DNA of 33,017 nucleotides from an uncultured Pseudomonadota bacterium (lineage in GTDB: Bacteria; Babelota; Babeliae; Babelales; UBA12409), in assembly GCA_964432975.1 (NCBI GenBank), contig CAYSPS010000004.1, positions 8,683 through 41,699 on the forward strand, in the 5' to 3' direction. Both the position numbers and the translations under genes were made by a program. Shown here piece after piece: positions 7,416 to 16,871 of this stretch (position 1 is the first letter of the stretch; every line of letters starts with the position of its first letter). Under the pieces are notes generated by a model. The model searched no databases, had not been told where the DNA came from, and was given only the letters and a program-made list of their open reading frames with translations.

Positions 7416-8498
7416 TTAAAAAGAAAATTTTTGAGAACGTCGTTCTTGGCGCTCATGGTCTTGAAGCGCCTGGATAATTTCGCTCATATCACCAGCAATA
7501 ACCCGATCGAGCTTTTGTAACGTTAGACCAACCTGGTGATCAGTTACGCGATTTTGTGGAAAGTTATACGTACGCACTTTTTCTGCACGCATACCAGAAC
7601 CAACCATTTGTTTTCTATCTTGGCTGCGCTTTGCTGCCTCTTCTTCACGCTTTGCGGCTGCTAATCGCGACATTAACATTTTCATTGCTTTTGCACGATT
7701 TTTATGTTGTGAGCGCTCTTCCTGGCAACTCACGACAACACCCGTCGGAATATGCGTAATACGAACTGCAGATTCGGTTTTATTTACATGCTGCCCACCG
7801 GCACCACCAGAACGATATGTATCAACACGCAAATCTTGTGGATTAATCGTAATAGACTGGTCATCACCTACGACAGGAAAAACGGCAACAGTTGCCGTTG
7901 ACGTGTGAATGCGACCGGAAGCTTCTGTTGCTGGCACACGCTGTACCCGATGCGTTCCTGCTTCAAATTTGAAAGCACCGTAAGCACCTTTGCCATCAAC
8001 TTCAAGAACAATTTCTTTGTAGCCGCGCAAATCTGTTTCATGTGCGTCAACAACAACAGCATGCCAGCCACGCGATAAGGAATAGTTGAGATACATTTTG
8101 GCTAAATCACCAGCAAAAAGCGCCGCTTCTTGTCCACCAGCACCAGCACGAATCTCAATAAAGACATCCGAACGATCCATGGGATCTGGTGGATACAAAA
8201 GCTCTTCGAGCTCGCGCTCAAACACACTTTTTTGCTGGACAAATTCTTTTAATTCTTCATCGTACAACGCTTGCAGTTGCGGATCGGCGTGAGCCCGTTG
8301 TTGTTGTGCGCGCGTTATTTCGTGGTTAATGCGATCTATTGCCTGTTTTTTACTCAGCACATCTTGCAAAAATGCATATTCACGCTGTAGGTCAACACGC
8401 TTTTTTTGATCTAACTGACGAGCCGCCAACTGTTGTTCAAGCTCATCGCGGCGCTGCTGAAGCCGTTCCCACGGTATTAATTGATCGTCACTTACCAA
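7416..8498 (-). CDS. prfA: Peptide chain release factor 1
   Basis: RVQRVPATEASGRIHTS (PxT tripeptide, which marks RF1 rather than RF2), GGQ motif in SGGAGGQHVNKTESAVRITHIPTG, 360 aa. The start appears to be TTG at 8498. Confidence 0.9.
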   Translation of the reverse strand: MVSDDQLIPWERLQQRRDELEQQLAARQLDQKKRVDLQREYAFLQDVLSKKQAIDRINHEITRAQQQRAHADPQLQALYDEELKEFVQQKSVFERELEELLYPPDPMDRSDVFIEIRAGAGGQEAALFAGDLAKMYLNYSLSRGWHAVVVDAHETDLRGYKEIVLEVDGKGAYGAFKFEAGTHRVQRVPATEASGRIHTSTATVAVFPVVGDDQSITINPQDLRVDTYRSGGAGGQHVNKTESAVRITHIPTGVVVSCQEERSQHKNRAKAMKMLMSRLAAAKREEEAAKRSQDRKQMVGSGMRAEKVRTYNFPQNRVTDHQVGLTLQKLDRVIAGDMSEIIQALQDHERQERRSQKFSF

Positions 8499-8512
8499 GA
8501 TTGGCCTAAAGA

Positions 8513-8710
8513 TTATTTTTTAAATTTCTTTTTAAACTTATCAATGCGTCCTGCAGTATCAACAAATTTCTGTTTTCCCGTAAAAAACGGATGACAGTGC
8601 GAACACAAGGTTGCACGAATCGCATCACGCGTTGAGCGTGTTTTAAAAGTCGCCCCGCAGGTACAAACGGCAACGACATCATGTAACTCTGGATGAATAC
8701 CCTTCTTCAT
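8513..8710 (-). CDS. rpmE: 50S ribosomal protein L31 (Zn-ribbon type)
   Basis: MKKGIHPE...CTCG...[28 protein letters not shown], 65 aa. Confidence 0.9.
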   Translation of the reverse strand: MKKGIHPELHDVVAVCTCGATFKTRSTRDAIRATLCSHCHPFFTGKQKFVDTAGRIDKFKKKFKK

Positions 8711-8827
8711 GTGAACCCCAAAAACAATTGATTCTATATCTATACTTAAGTATTACGCAAAAAAGACAAACTGTAAAGCAAAGAGCTGCACGCAAGCGAG
8801 TTTGTGGACGCTGAAAATATAAGGGCC

Positions 8828-8855
8828 TTGCAAGTATTGCCACTTGACCTATGAT
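8828..8855 (+). promoter_or_regulatory. Candidate sigma70-type promoter TTGCAA-16-TATGAT
   Basis: -35 at 8828-8833 and -10 at 8850-8855, upstream of the SD AAGGAG and ATG 8878. Confidence 0.3.
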
Positions 8856-8877
8856 CAATTTGAAAGGAGCTCTCCTC

Positions 8878-9228
8878 ATGCTTAAAAAAGCCACTTTGCT
8901 CCTGCTCAGCATTCTGGGCATATGCATCGCGGTGAGTGGGAGCATGCAGCAATCATCTTCAGTAACCGTAAAAGATTCACCAAATACGCTGCGTACAACC
9001 GAATATCCCACCGTACATTTTTTTCTCAACCTACTCGGAATTGCCAACATTCTTAAAGGTGCCGCCGTACAAATTTATCTTATTAAAGACGTCATTGCTA
9101 TTGATCAAGAGATTAATCTTAAACACTTAATTGTTGGTGCAAGTTTAATTTTACTTTCTCAAATTCTTCGTTTGATCGAATGCCGTCACCATGCAACGCT
9201 TAAAAAAAATGTGACACAAAAAATATGA
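8878..9228 (+). CDS. Small integral membrane protein (about 3 TM)
   Basis: Trimmed to ATG 8878, which has AAAGGAG 8 nt upstream. Begins MLKKATLLLLSILGICIAVSG. Its stop overlaps the next start (ATGA, 9225-9228). Confidence 0.55.
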   Translation: MLKKATLLLLSILGICIAVSGSMQQSSSVTVKDSPNTLRTTEYPTVHFFLNLLGIANILKGAAVQIYLIKDVIAIDQEINLKHLIVGASLILLSQILRLIECRHHATLKKNVTQKI

Positions 9229-10091
9229 GCCATTTATCATCTTTCATTACTTTTTTTTGTATGCTCTTTATAAAAATATGTGCCGAGCAAGAACCAATTA
9301 TTGACGTTGTTATTCCATGCCATGAAAAAGATCTCGCCATGTTGCCCCTCGTGATTAATGGTATTAAAACGAACGGAAAAAACGTCAGACGCGTTATTGT
9401 GGTTTCTGCCAAAAAACTCGGCAATTTTGCTGAATGGTTTAGCGAGCAGGATTACCCATTTTGCAAACAAGACCTTGCACACCATATTTTTTATCTTCAC
9501 GCACAAGCACATGAATTTATCAAAAGTCATCCAAGCAAACTATGCTGGGTTTTTCAACAACTGCTCAAGTTATATGCGCCCTTTGTTATTCCAGATATTG
9601 CACCAAACGTGCTCGTACTTGATGCAGATACTATCTTTATCAATAAAACAGAATTTATTGATCACGGAAACCACGCATTATATGACGCACGCGACGAGTA
9701 TCTTGGCCCCTACTTTTTACACGCCTGGGAACTCGTACCGCGTCTTGAAAAAATGTTTGCTGCATATTCGGGAATAGCTCATCACATGCTTTTTCAAAAA
9801 AACGTTTTACAGAACCTGTTCAATGTTGTCGAAGAACATCATAAAAAACCTTTCTGGCAAGCATTTTGTGCATGCATAAACAAATTCTCCATATACTGCG
9901 AACCCTGCGCATCAGAGTACGAAATTTATTTTAATTTTGTGTTCCAACGATATGCTCATCAAGCGCGCATTAGAAAATTACACTGGGAAAATATGCGCTT
10001 TGATCATGTACCAATCAAAGAAATTGCATACTATAAAAAACTTGGCTATCATTGCATTTCATGCCATATTCCAAGCAAACAAAATGCCTGA
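9225..10091 (+). CDS. Putative nucleotide-diphospho-sugar (GT-A-like) glycosyltransferase
   Basis: 288 aa with a hydrophobic N-terminus. IIDVVIPCHEKD (first beta-strand type), W.FQQLLKLY, and the DxD-type VLVLDADTIF. Confidence 0.55.
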   Translation: MSHLSSFITFFCMLFIKICAEQEPIIDVVIPCHEKDLAMLPLVINGIKTNGKNVRRVIVVSAKKLGNFAEWFSEQDYPFCKQDLAHHIFYLHAQAHEFIKSHPSKLCWVFQQLLKLYAPFVIPDIAPNVLVLDADTIFINKTEFIDHGNHALYDARDEYLGPYFLHAWELVPRLEKMFAAYSGIAHHMLFQKNVLQNLFNVVEEHHKKPFWQAFCACINKFSIYCEPCASEYEIYFNFVFQRYAHQARIRKLHWENMRFDHVPIKEIAYYKKLGYHCISCHIPSKQNA

Positions 10092-10116
10092 GCCATTAGA
10101 ATGAGTTAACAATCTT

Positions 10117-11001
10117 ATGTATAAAAAAACTCTTTTTTTATTTATTGTCACTACTGATACTTTTTCAACGCCACCGCTAACAATGGTCTGCAACTCATTT
10201 AACCGACCAATGCAACTTTATGCGCATTTAGAATCAGTCAAAAAATTCATACCCAACTTACAAGACGTACATATTATCTATCGTGCAAGCAATAAAAAAT
10301 ATTTGGATGCATATCACATCGTACAAAAGGATTTTTCAGATTATAAATTTCATCAACAAGGAATAACTCCACATACTGATTACAAACCACTCATCATGCA
10401 AAGTGCATTCACCCCAATGAATGGTTATATCATGTTTAGCGTTGACGACATCATCGTAAAGGACTTTATCGATGTAGAACTCTGTATGAGTACATTACAA
10501 AAAACAGGTGCTTATGGCTTTTATTTACGACTTGGTAAAAATATTAATTATTGTTACATGCTTGGAAAAAAGTCATTGCTTCCACGACATCGTGCAATAA
10601 GCAATGATATCATCAGCTGGTCTTTTCTTGACGGCACCGGTGATTGGCGATATCCGCACAGTGTAGATATGTCTATTTACAAAAAATCTGATGTCGTTAT
10701 TTTTTTTAGAAAAAACAATTTTTCTAACCCCAATACACTCGAAAGCACATGGACCAGATTTCCAAGCAAAAATAATTTTGGTTTATGTTTTAATGAATCA
10801 AAAATCGTTAACATTCCTGCAAATCTCGTTAATCCAAGCAAAAATCGCCATGCGAAAATCAATGACTATACGCCAGAAGCATTACTTAACAAATTTCTTG
10901 AAGGTTATAAAATCGATACAACCAAATTTTATCGTATTGCAAATAATTCACCGCATCAGGAATATCCCTTCAACTTTGTTCTTCGTGAAGGAAATTCATG
11001 A
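10117..11001 (+). CDS. Putative GT-A-like glycosyltransferase (second, unrelated sequence)
   Basis: 294 aa. LTMVCNSFNRPMQLYAHLESV (GT2-like first strand) and IMFSVDDIIV (DxD-like). Its stop overlaps the eno start (ATGA, 10998-11001). Confidence 0.5.
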   Translation: MYKKTLFLFIVTTDTFSTPPLTMVCNSFNRPMQLYAHLESVKKFIPNLQDVHIIYRASNKKYLDAYHIVQKDFSDYKFHQQGITPHTDYKPLIMQSAFTPMNGYIMFSVDDIIVKDFIDVELCMSTLQKTGAYGFYLRLGKNINYCYMLGKKSLLPRHRAISNDIISWSFLDGTGDWRYPHSVDMSIYKKSDVVIFFRKNNFSNPNTLESTWTRFPSKNNFGLCFNESKIVNIPANLVNPSKNRHAKINDYTPEALLNKFLEGYKIDTTKFYRIANNSPHQEYPFNFVLREGNS

Positions 11002-12245
11002 ACATTAACGAAATTCATGCATATCAAATTTATGATTCACGTGGCCTGCCAACGGTTGCCTGTGATATCATTCTGAATAATGCAATTCACGCACATGCCA
11101 GTGTTCCTTCAGGCGCATCGGTGGGTATTCACGAAGCACTCGAGTTGCGTGATGGGGGCAGTGCGTTCATGGGAAAAGGTGTCAGCACTGCAATTGATCA
11201 TATTCACAAGATCATTGCGCCTGCGCTTATTGGCAAAGAACTTGATGCGATCGGCATGGACAAGATCATCAAATCTCTTGATCCGTCACCACAAAAAAAA
11301 GAGCTCGGTGCAAATGCGACACTTGCCGTGAGCATGGCGCTTTTTCGCGCACATGCACAAACACTGGGGGTAGAGCTTTATGACTTTATCGCCCGATCAC
11401 TTGATAAGACAGAAGTGACACTGCCCATTCCGGTACTTAATTTTATCAATGGCGGTGCTCATGCGCATAACAATCTTGCAATACAAGAATATATGATTAT
11501 CCCTTACGGCGCACACACCTTTGCACAAGCAATGACTTATGCAGTTGAAATTTTTTATGCACTCAAAAAACTGTTACAAGAGCATAACAAACCAACGTAC
11601 ACCGGAGATGAGGGTGGATTTGCACCATCATTTGCAAACAGTATTGAACCGCTTGAATTTCTCATGCGCGCAATTGAACGTGCAAACATTGATTCTTCTA
11701 CGGTCGCGCTTGGGCTTGATGTTGCTGCATCGCAGTTTTATAACGAAGTTACATGCACTTACACGATTGATCAGCAAATATTATCTGCAAACGCACTCAT
11801 AGATTTTTACGATCAGCTTATGCAAAAATTTCCCATTATTTATCTTGAAGATCCATGCGCACAAGACGATTGGACAAGCTGGCAAGAAATACAAAAACGT
11901 ATAGGCAATCGCGCAACTATCATTGGCGACGATTTACTCGTCACACAATCGGCGCGCATGCTGCATGCGCTGAAAAATGGTGCTGCGCATGGCGCAATCA
12001 TCAAACCAAACCAAGTTGGAACGGTGAGCGAAAGTTTGGAATTCGCACTTTTGTGTCAAGAACATCAATGGACGACCGTAGCTTCTCACCGCTCAGGTGA
12101 AACATGCGACTGTTTTATTGCAGATTTTGCGCTCGGCGTTGGCGCCAATTACATAAAATGCGGTGGATGTAGCCATGGTGAACGTTTAGCAAAATACAAT
12201 CGGTTACTTCAGGTCGAAAATTTATATACTGAAAGCTCTTTATAA
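10998..12245 (+). CDS. eno: Enolase (phosphopyruvate hydratase)
   Basis: IYDSRGLPTV, SVPSGASVGIHEALELRDGG, GDEGGFAP, DVAASQFY, LEDP, GDDL, IKPNQVGT, SHRSGET, AKYNRLL. All catalytic and metal-ligand positions appear intact. Confidence 0.95.
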   Translation: MNINEIHAYQIYDSRGLPTVACDIILNNAIHAHASVPSGASVGIHEALELRDGGSAFMGKGVSTAIDHIHKIIAPALIGKELDAIGMDKIIKSLDPSPQKKELGANATLAVSMALFRAHAQTLGVELYDFIARSLDKTEVTLPIPVLNFINGGAHAHNNLAIQEYMIIPYGAHTFAQAMTYAVEIFYALKKLLQEHNKPTYTGDEGGFAPSFANSIEPLEFLMRAIERANIDSSTVALGLDVAASQFYNEVTCTYTIDQQILSANALIDFYDQLMQKFPIIYLEDPCAQDDWTSWQEIQKRIGNRATIIGDDLLVTQSARMLHALKNGAAHGAIIKPNQVGTVSESLEFALLCQEHQWTTVASHRSGETCDCFIADFALGVGANYIKCGGCSHGERLAKYNRLLQVENLYTESSL

Positions 12246-12246
12246 C

Positions 12247-14664
12247 CTAATTCAAAAGCGGATTTTCTTCTTGCGCCAATAATGTTTTCAATTTATCGGA
12301 AGAAATTGATTTTGGCATGATTTTTGGTGCCATTGTTGCAGGTCTTTCGCTTGGCTCACTTGGCGCAAGAGCTTCGGTCCAATCACCACGCGCTTCATAG
12401 TCCTTCAGTGCCTGACCGAGCTCTATACTGTCTTCTGGATAGAACAACAGTCGTGCAATTGGGTCTTGCAAACAACGCGTGCCTTCTGAAGATTTTACAA
12501 ACAACTTAGAACAACCAACCAATGCACTATCTTTGATAAATTGTTTGGATAAATAATCAATTTTTTCATGTGAAAATTCCGAAACGCCACGTCCCGCAAC
12601 AGAAACTGGCGCAATACGCGTTGGCACCACAAAAATCATTAAATTGCGATGTCTATATTGACGCGTGTGACTTTTGAAAAAATACCCCAACAACGGAACC
12701 CGTGAAATAACGGGCACGGCAGGAACACTGTCAACAACCGATGACCGCGCGATACCACCTAATACAAGAACCTGACGATGTCCAACATTTGCATTTGTAG
12801 CTACCGTACGCTTCGTAATAACTTTTGCTGCAAGAAAATCATTTGCTTTGACCGAAATTTCTAAATTAATGTTGTCTGGCGGCATGCTAATGCGTGGTCG
12901 AATAATTACTTCGGTCGCCGCTTTACGTTCAAAGTATTTAATGACAGCCGTACCACCAACGCTAGATTGGTCAACAGCACCCTGCTCCATGCGAATATCA
13001 ACCGATTCAACTTTTGCAGGTTCATTATTTTTTGTAATTAAAAATGGTTGTGAAACTATTTTTGCATCTTCGATATTGCGTAATAACGAAATAACTGCGG
13101 CAATGCCATTGCCATCTTTAAATGTTAAGATGGTCGAACCTGCTGCTTGATCTTGAGCCAAATTATAACCACTGTCTTCATAACTTTGCTGCGAAAGCAA
13201 GTCAGATTCAATGCCAGCCGCACTATCAATCTTCGTGGTATCAGGTTTTGCATAAGTACCCGCGGTATAATCAACTAACGGCCCGTCAAGTTGCGCACTC
13301 TGCCATTTGAAATTATCACTGCCCTTAAGATTGGTAATACGGCGCAACTGTGTGCCCAATTTATTTGATGCTTCATAGGTAAGATCAACAATAAGCACTT
13401 CAATTGCCACTTGCCATTGTTCTTGATCAAGTTGATCAATAAGCTTTTCAAGAATACGCCAATCGCGTTGCGTGCAGGCAATAATCAAATTATTGCCCCC
13501 TATGGTAATTCCTTGCGCTTTCTTTTTTTCTTTCACGCCAACATCGGTTGAACTTTCAATCTTTTTTGTCTGATCGTCTTGCGCCACTTCTTCTTGTTCA
13601 GCCCTGATAATAACAGTACCCAACGGCTTGCCTGCCGTTTCTCCCGTTGATTGGCCAGCCTGTTGCTTAATCAATTTCGTCAACGTTTCTGCAAACGGCG
13701 CTGCTTTCAAGTACCGCAACTGTTTGACATGCAAAACCGTTTTGTCAGCATCAAGCGGCTTATCTAGATATTTTTTTACAAAATCTTTAACACGCTGTAC
13801 AGAGTCTTGCAAACCAAACACCACAATAGAATTCGTTTGGCCTATCACCGATACCCGCGTGCTTGCAGAAAAATAATTTTTTGTATTTTTGTTCGGCTCA
13901 GCAACCAGAGGAAATCTAAACTGCTCTTCTTGACTGCGTGGCGGAATTAATGCATTTAAAACGTCGGCAACTTCTTTTGCACTCGTATGAACAATCGGAA
14001 CAACTTCAATTGCTTCACGAAAACCACCTTGATCTAATTCCTGTAAAATTGTCATCAGCGAACGAATAGTTTGCGCATTTCCGGTAATCAATAATGAATT
14101 GTAGGCATCGTCAAGCATATATTGCGCTGATTGTTGCGCAGGCAACATATCTTTTAGAATAGTATCCAAATTCGCTTTTGATTCGGCATCTTTTAAATTA
14201 ATATTTTGAAAATAATATAAATACCGAATACATGATTCACTGTGTGGCAACACCTCAATTGGCGTATTGACATATAATGGTGCTGCTTCGCGCTGAGCAC
14301 TATCTAGTGGCTTAATGGTATACGTACTTTTATCAAGTTCACATATGGCAAAACCGGCAATATTGAGCATGGCAACCAACAGCTCCCAGGCTTGTGCCAA
14401 TGTAATTTTATGCACCACATTAAATGTAACGGTGGTTTCTGCAAGTTTTTTTTGGTCAGTCGGCAAAATAACATTAACGCGTTTTTGCGCTGCCATGCGA
14501 TTAACAACATCGAGAAGTTTATCATTGTTGAGTGAAAAATAGAGCATATGTTCATGCGGTGCTGCTTGCGAAGAAGACGTATCTCCCGCATATACAGTCA
14601 AACACAGGAGAGTGATAAAAACCAAAATCACATTTTGTTTCATCATGGTTTTACCATTACTCAT
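12247..14664 (-). CDS. Secretin, second copy (GspD/PilQ family paralog)
   Basis: GspD-type N0 region (NVILPTDQKKL...ITLAQAWELLVAMLNIAGFAI), repeated N-domains, and a C-terminal secretin core (VLVLGGIARS...VPVISRVPLLGYFFKSHT...LMIFVVPTRI). ATG 14664 is preferred because GGAG lies 5 nt upstream. The track start, GTG 14670, overlaps the upstream stop. Confidence 0.85.
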   Translation of the reverse strand: MSNGKTMMKQNVILVFITLLCLTVYAGDTSSSQAAPHEHMLYFSLNNDKLLDVVNRMAAQKRVNVILPTDQKKLAETTVTFNVVHKITLAQAWELLVAMLNIAGFAICELDKSTYTIKPLDSAQREAAPLYVNTPIEVLPHSESCIRYLYYFQNINLKDAESKANLDTILKDMLPAQQSAQYMLDDAYNSLLITGNAQTIRSLMTILQELDQGGFREAIEVVPIVHTSAKEVADVLNALIPPRSQEEQFRFPLVAEPNKNTKNYFSASTRVSVIGQTNSIVVFGLQDSVQRVKDFVKKYLDKPLDADKTVLHVKQLRYLKAAPFAETLTKLIKQQAGQSTGETAGKPLGTVIIRAEQEEVAQDDQTKKIESSTDVGVKEKKKAQGITIGGNNLIIACTQRDWRILEKLIDQLDQEQWQVAIEVLIVDLTYEASNKLGTQLRRITNLKGSDNFKWQSAQLDGPLVDYTAGTYAKPDTTKIDSAAGIESDLLSQQSYEDSGYNLAQDQAAGSTILTFKDGNGIAAVISLLRNIEDAKIVSQPFLITKNNEPAKVESVDIRMEQGAVDQSSVGGTAVIKYFERKAATEVIIRPRISMPPDNINLEISVKANDFLAAKVITKRTVATNANVGHRQVLVLGGIARSSVVDSVPAVPVISRVPLLGYFFKSHTRQYRHRNLMIFVVPTRIAPVSVAGRGVSEFSHEKIDYLSKQFIKDSALVGCSKLFVKSSEGTRCLQDPIARLLFYPEDSIELGQALKDYEARGDWTEALAPSEPSERPATMAPKIMPKSISSDKLKTLLAQEENPLLN

Positions 14665-14666
14665 TC

Positions 14667-15254
14667 TCACTCCGTTTCAAACGTTGCTGCGGTTTCGGCT
14701 TTATGTTGTAAAGTACTGAGCGCAATTGTCACATCAAGTGCATTATCTTTTTTTGAACGCACCAAATCAACCATTTTAATATCAATACGATTATTTTGTT
14801 CCAACTCCTGGAGCAATCGCACCAACTGCTGCATGTTTAAATCAACAAATTCTGCATCCATTTTAACTTCTTGATAGCCAAGCGATTGCAACTGTTCCAA
14901 ATCATTAATCGTAACGGGATAAGATTTTAAATTATTTTTAATACCCAAATGTGCAACAAGTGTTTCTATATATTCTGAAAGTTTAAAGTGTTTATCCTGA
15001 TCAATAATCGCTTGCCCACGTTGTTGCTCTTGCTTTAAAAATTCATTGCGTGACAAAAGGTCTCGTATCTTCACACGATCAGCATTAATCGCAATCATTT
15101 CACGACGCAATTTTCCTAACGAGCGTACCTGCAGGTACATCAATCCACCAAAAAATAAGACCAAACCACCAACAATTATCGCTAAGACGCGTCGTTGTTG
15201 TTTTTCATCAAGTTGCCATAAAACATTCATTAGTGATTGCACGACGCGATTCAT
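14667..15254 (-). CDS. GspM/PilO-like bitopic inner-membrane assembly protein
   Basis: 195 aa: short cytoplasmic N-terminus, one TM (VLAIIVGGLVLFFGGLMYL), a coiled coil, and a C-terminal alpha/beta domain. The call also rests on its position between the PilMN-like gene and a secretin. Confidence 0.6.
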   Translation of the reverse strand: MNRVVQSLMNVLWQLDEKQQRRVLAIIVGGLVLFFGGLMYLQVRSLGKLRREMIAINADRVKIRDLLSRNEFLKQEQQRGQAIIDQDKHFKLSEYIETLVAHLGIKNNLKSYPVTINDLEQLQSLGYQEVKMDAEFVDLNMQQLVRLLQELEQNNRIDIKMVDLVRSKKDNALDVTIALSTLQHKAETAATFETE

Positions 15255-15257
15255 GAT

Positions 15258-16871
15258 CTACTCCTGTCCATTGGTGATCACCAATTTAACTTCAAAACTC
15301 GTCTCTTGTGGAATCGAAACCAGGGCAAAAAGCTTGGAGCCTGCAAGTTCTTCTTCAAATACTTTGAGTGCTTTGTAATCGCGCACACTGCCTTTGAGCA
15401 TGATACTTTTTTTGGTCATCGCGAGATGTTGTAATTGCAATCCAATACCCACGCGATCAATTTTAACACACAATTCTTGCAAATATTTCAAAAATGAATG
15501 ACGATTAACAATCGAAAAACCTTCCCAAATTGTTTCTCGCGCATCAAGCTCCTGTTGTGCACTATTGACGGCAGCAGGTAAATTTTTCTCTGTTATGCCA
15601 AATTCTTGGTTCAATTGTTGAACAGCAACAGCACGCGCTCGACGCACCTGTGCACGAACATGAAAATAACGCCAATACCCAACACTCAATAGCAAGCCCA
15701 GAGCACACATAAACACGAGTGCACCAGTAATTAATTGTTGACGAATCAATTGCTCGCTTTTTTTTGTTTCATACGCACTCAATACATCAAATCTACTTGC
15801 ATACCCAAAGGGATACACGGCGCCCAAAGATAGTACATGAACTGATGTCAGCGCTGGCAATGCTGCACGCGCGCGCAGCTGTGGCGGATTAAAAATATTT
15901 ATCGTGTCAAACGATGCCGTTGGAATACCAAAAATTTCCCGCATGTGCTGATCAAGCCCCTTGAAATACAACCCACGCACAAGCACAACCACACGCGCAA
16001 TGGATTCAAAATCATGTATTTGCGTTGCAAATGCTTCAAATGTCATCTGTATCGGGGAACAGAGCACAGCAATTTCATCTGACACAGCCTGATCAAACAC
16101 AGATTCATCAGTCTTTTCAATACCAAAACGCACCAAATGCTCGCTGATTACCGCAGGTGTTTTTTTTGTTCGATCAGCAACTGACTTTATAAATGAATTT
16201 ACCCCGTGCGCCAATGTGCGCACGGCACACAATTGTTGATTTTTGATATAAGCAATCGTACTAAATTGTGAATTCAAATCAATAAGCGCAACAGCTCCTT
16301 TGAGCGCAGCATATCGTGGATGCACAAGCCACATGGTATACAAGGCAAACATATCGACTGTTAAACTTGCAAGCTCGACATGTGCCTGATCAAACAAATC
16401 AACGTAATAAGTAAGATCTTTTTTTTGAACAATACCAACTAAAATTTGTGAACTTTTTTTATCTGGCGCAACAGCTGTTACAATAAAATCAAAGGCAACA
16501 TCGGCAATTGAAAATGGAATTTGCTGTTCAAGCTCAAAGGGCAAAACCTGTCTAATTTTATCAACATCAATAAAAGGCAATGTTAATTCTTTAAAAACAA
16601 CAATATTATTAGGTAATGCCATACGTACTGCAGCGGCCGGACCAATTTTTTTACCCAACTGAATCAGTGCACGAACAACCGCTTGCTCCCAGGTCTCTTC
16701 ATCAGCTTTTACAATGGGCTCTTGATACGCATCGGTTACCAAAACGGTTCTTCCAGAAACCTGAACAGTCGTTGCAACAAGGGCACTTTTTGTAATTTCA
16801 AGACCAACATGGGTGTGCGTACCTATAAAAAAATCACCCACACGATCAGGAAGGAATAATTGGCGTATCAT
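15258..16871 (-). CDS. GspL-like / fused PilM-PilN-like assembly-platform protein
   Basis: 537 aa. An actin-like N-terminal region of about 370 aa (HVGLEITKSALVA...), one TM (LITGALVFMCALGLLLSVGYW), and a C-terminal periplasmic domain of about 140 aa. The length equals PilM plus PilN. ATGA overlap with the upstream secretin. Confidence 0.6.
   Translation of the reverse strand: MIRQLFLPDRVGDFFIGTHTHVGLEITKSALVATTVQVSGRTVLVTDAYQEPIVKADEETWEQAVVRALIQLGKKIGPAAAVRMALPNNIVVFKELTLPFIDVDKIRQVLPFELEQQIPFSIADVAFDFIVTAVAPDKKSSQILVGIVQKKDLTYYVDLFDQAHVELASLTVDMFALYTMWLVHPRYAALKGAVALIDLNSQFSTIAYIKNQQLCAVRTLAHGVNSFIKSVADRTKKTPAVISEHLVRFGIEKTDESVFDQAVSDEIAVLCSPIQMTFEAFATQIHDFESIARVVVLVRGLYFKGLDQHMREIFGIPTASFDTINIFNPPQLRARAALPALTSVHVLSLGAVYPFGYASRFDVLSAYETKKSEQLIRQQLITGALVFMCALGLLLSVGYWRYFHVRAQVRRARAVAVQQLNQEFGITEKNLPAAVNSAQQELDARETIWEGFSIVNRHSFLKYLQELCVKIDRVGIGLQLQHLAMTKKSIMLKGSVRDYKALKVFEEELAGSKLFALVSIPQETSFEVKLVITNGQE

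Noticed and set aside
7154-7416. Minus-strand ORFs 7154-7366 and 7234-7416
   Set aside because: They are antisense translations of the tRNA-Ser and tRNA-Arg genes and their spacer, with no SD and no protein-like features.
7416-8498. Possible prfB-type +1 programmed frameshift
   Set aside because: The protein carries the RF1 PxT (PAT) motif and is a single uninterrupted ORF, so it is prfA, which has no such recoding.
8679-9050. 123-aa minus-strand ORF, together with 8746-8952
   Set aside because: It spans the rpmE start, the divergent intergenic region and the opposite-strand membrane-protein gene. It has no SD and no recognisable features.
9358-9777. 139-aa alternative-frame ORF inside the first glycosyltransferase gene, and similar shadow ORFs inside eno, the secretins and the S9 peptidase
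   Set aside because: These overlap longer ORFs that carry clear family motifs. They are typical shadow ORFs, especially the Lys/Phe-rich ones antisense to AT-rich or Glu/Lys-rich regions such as 25798-26118.
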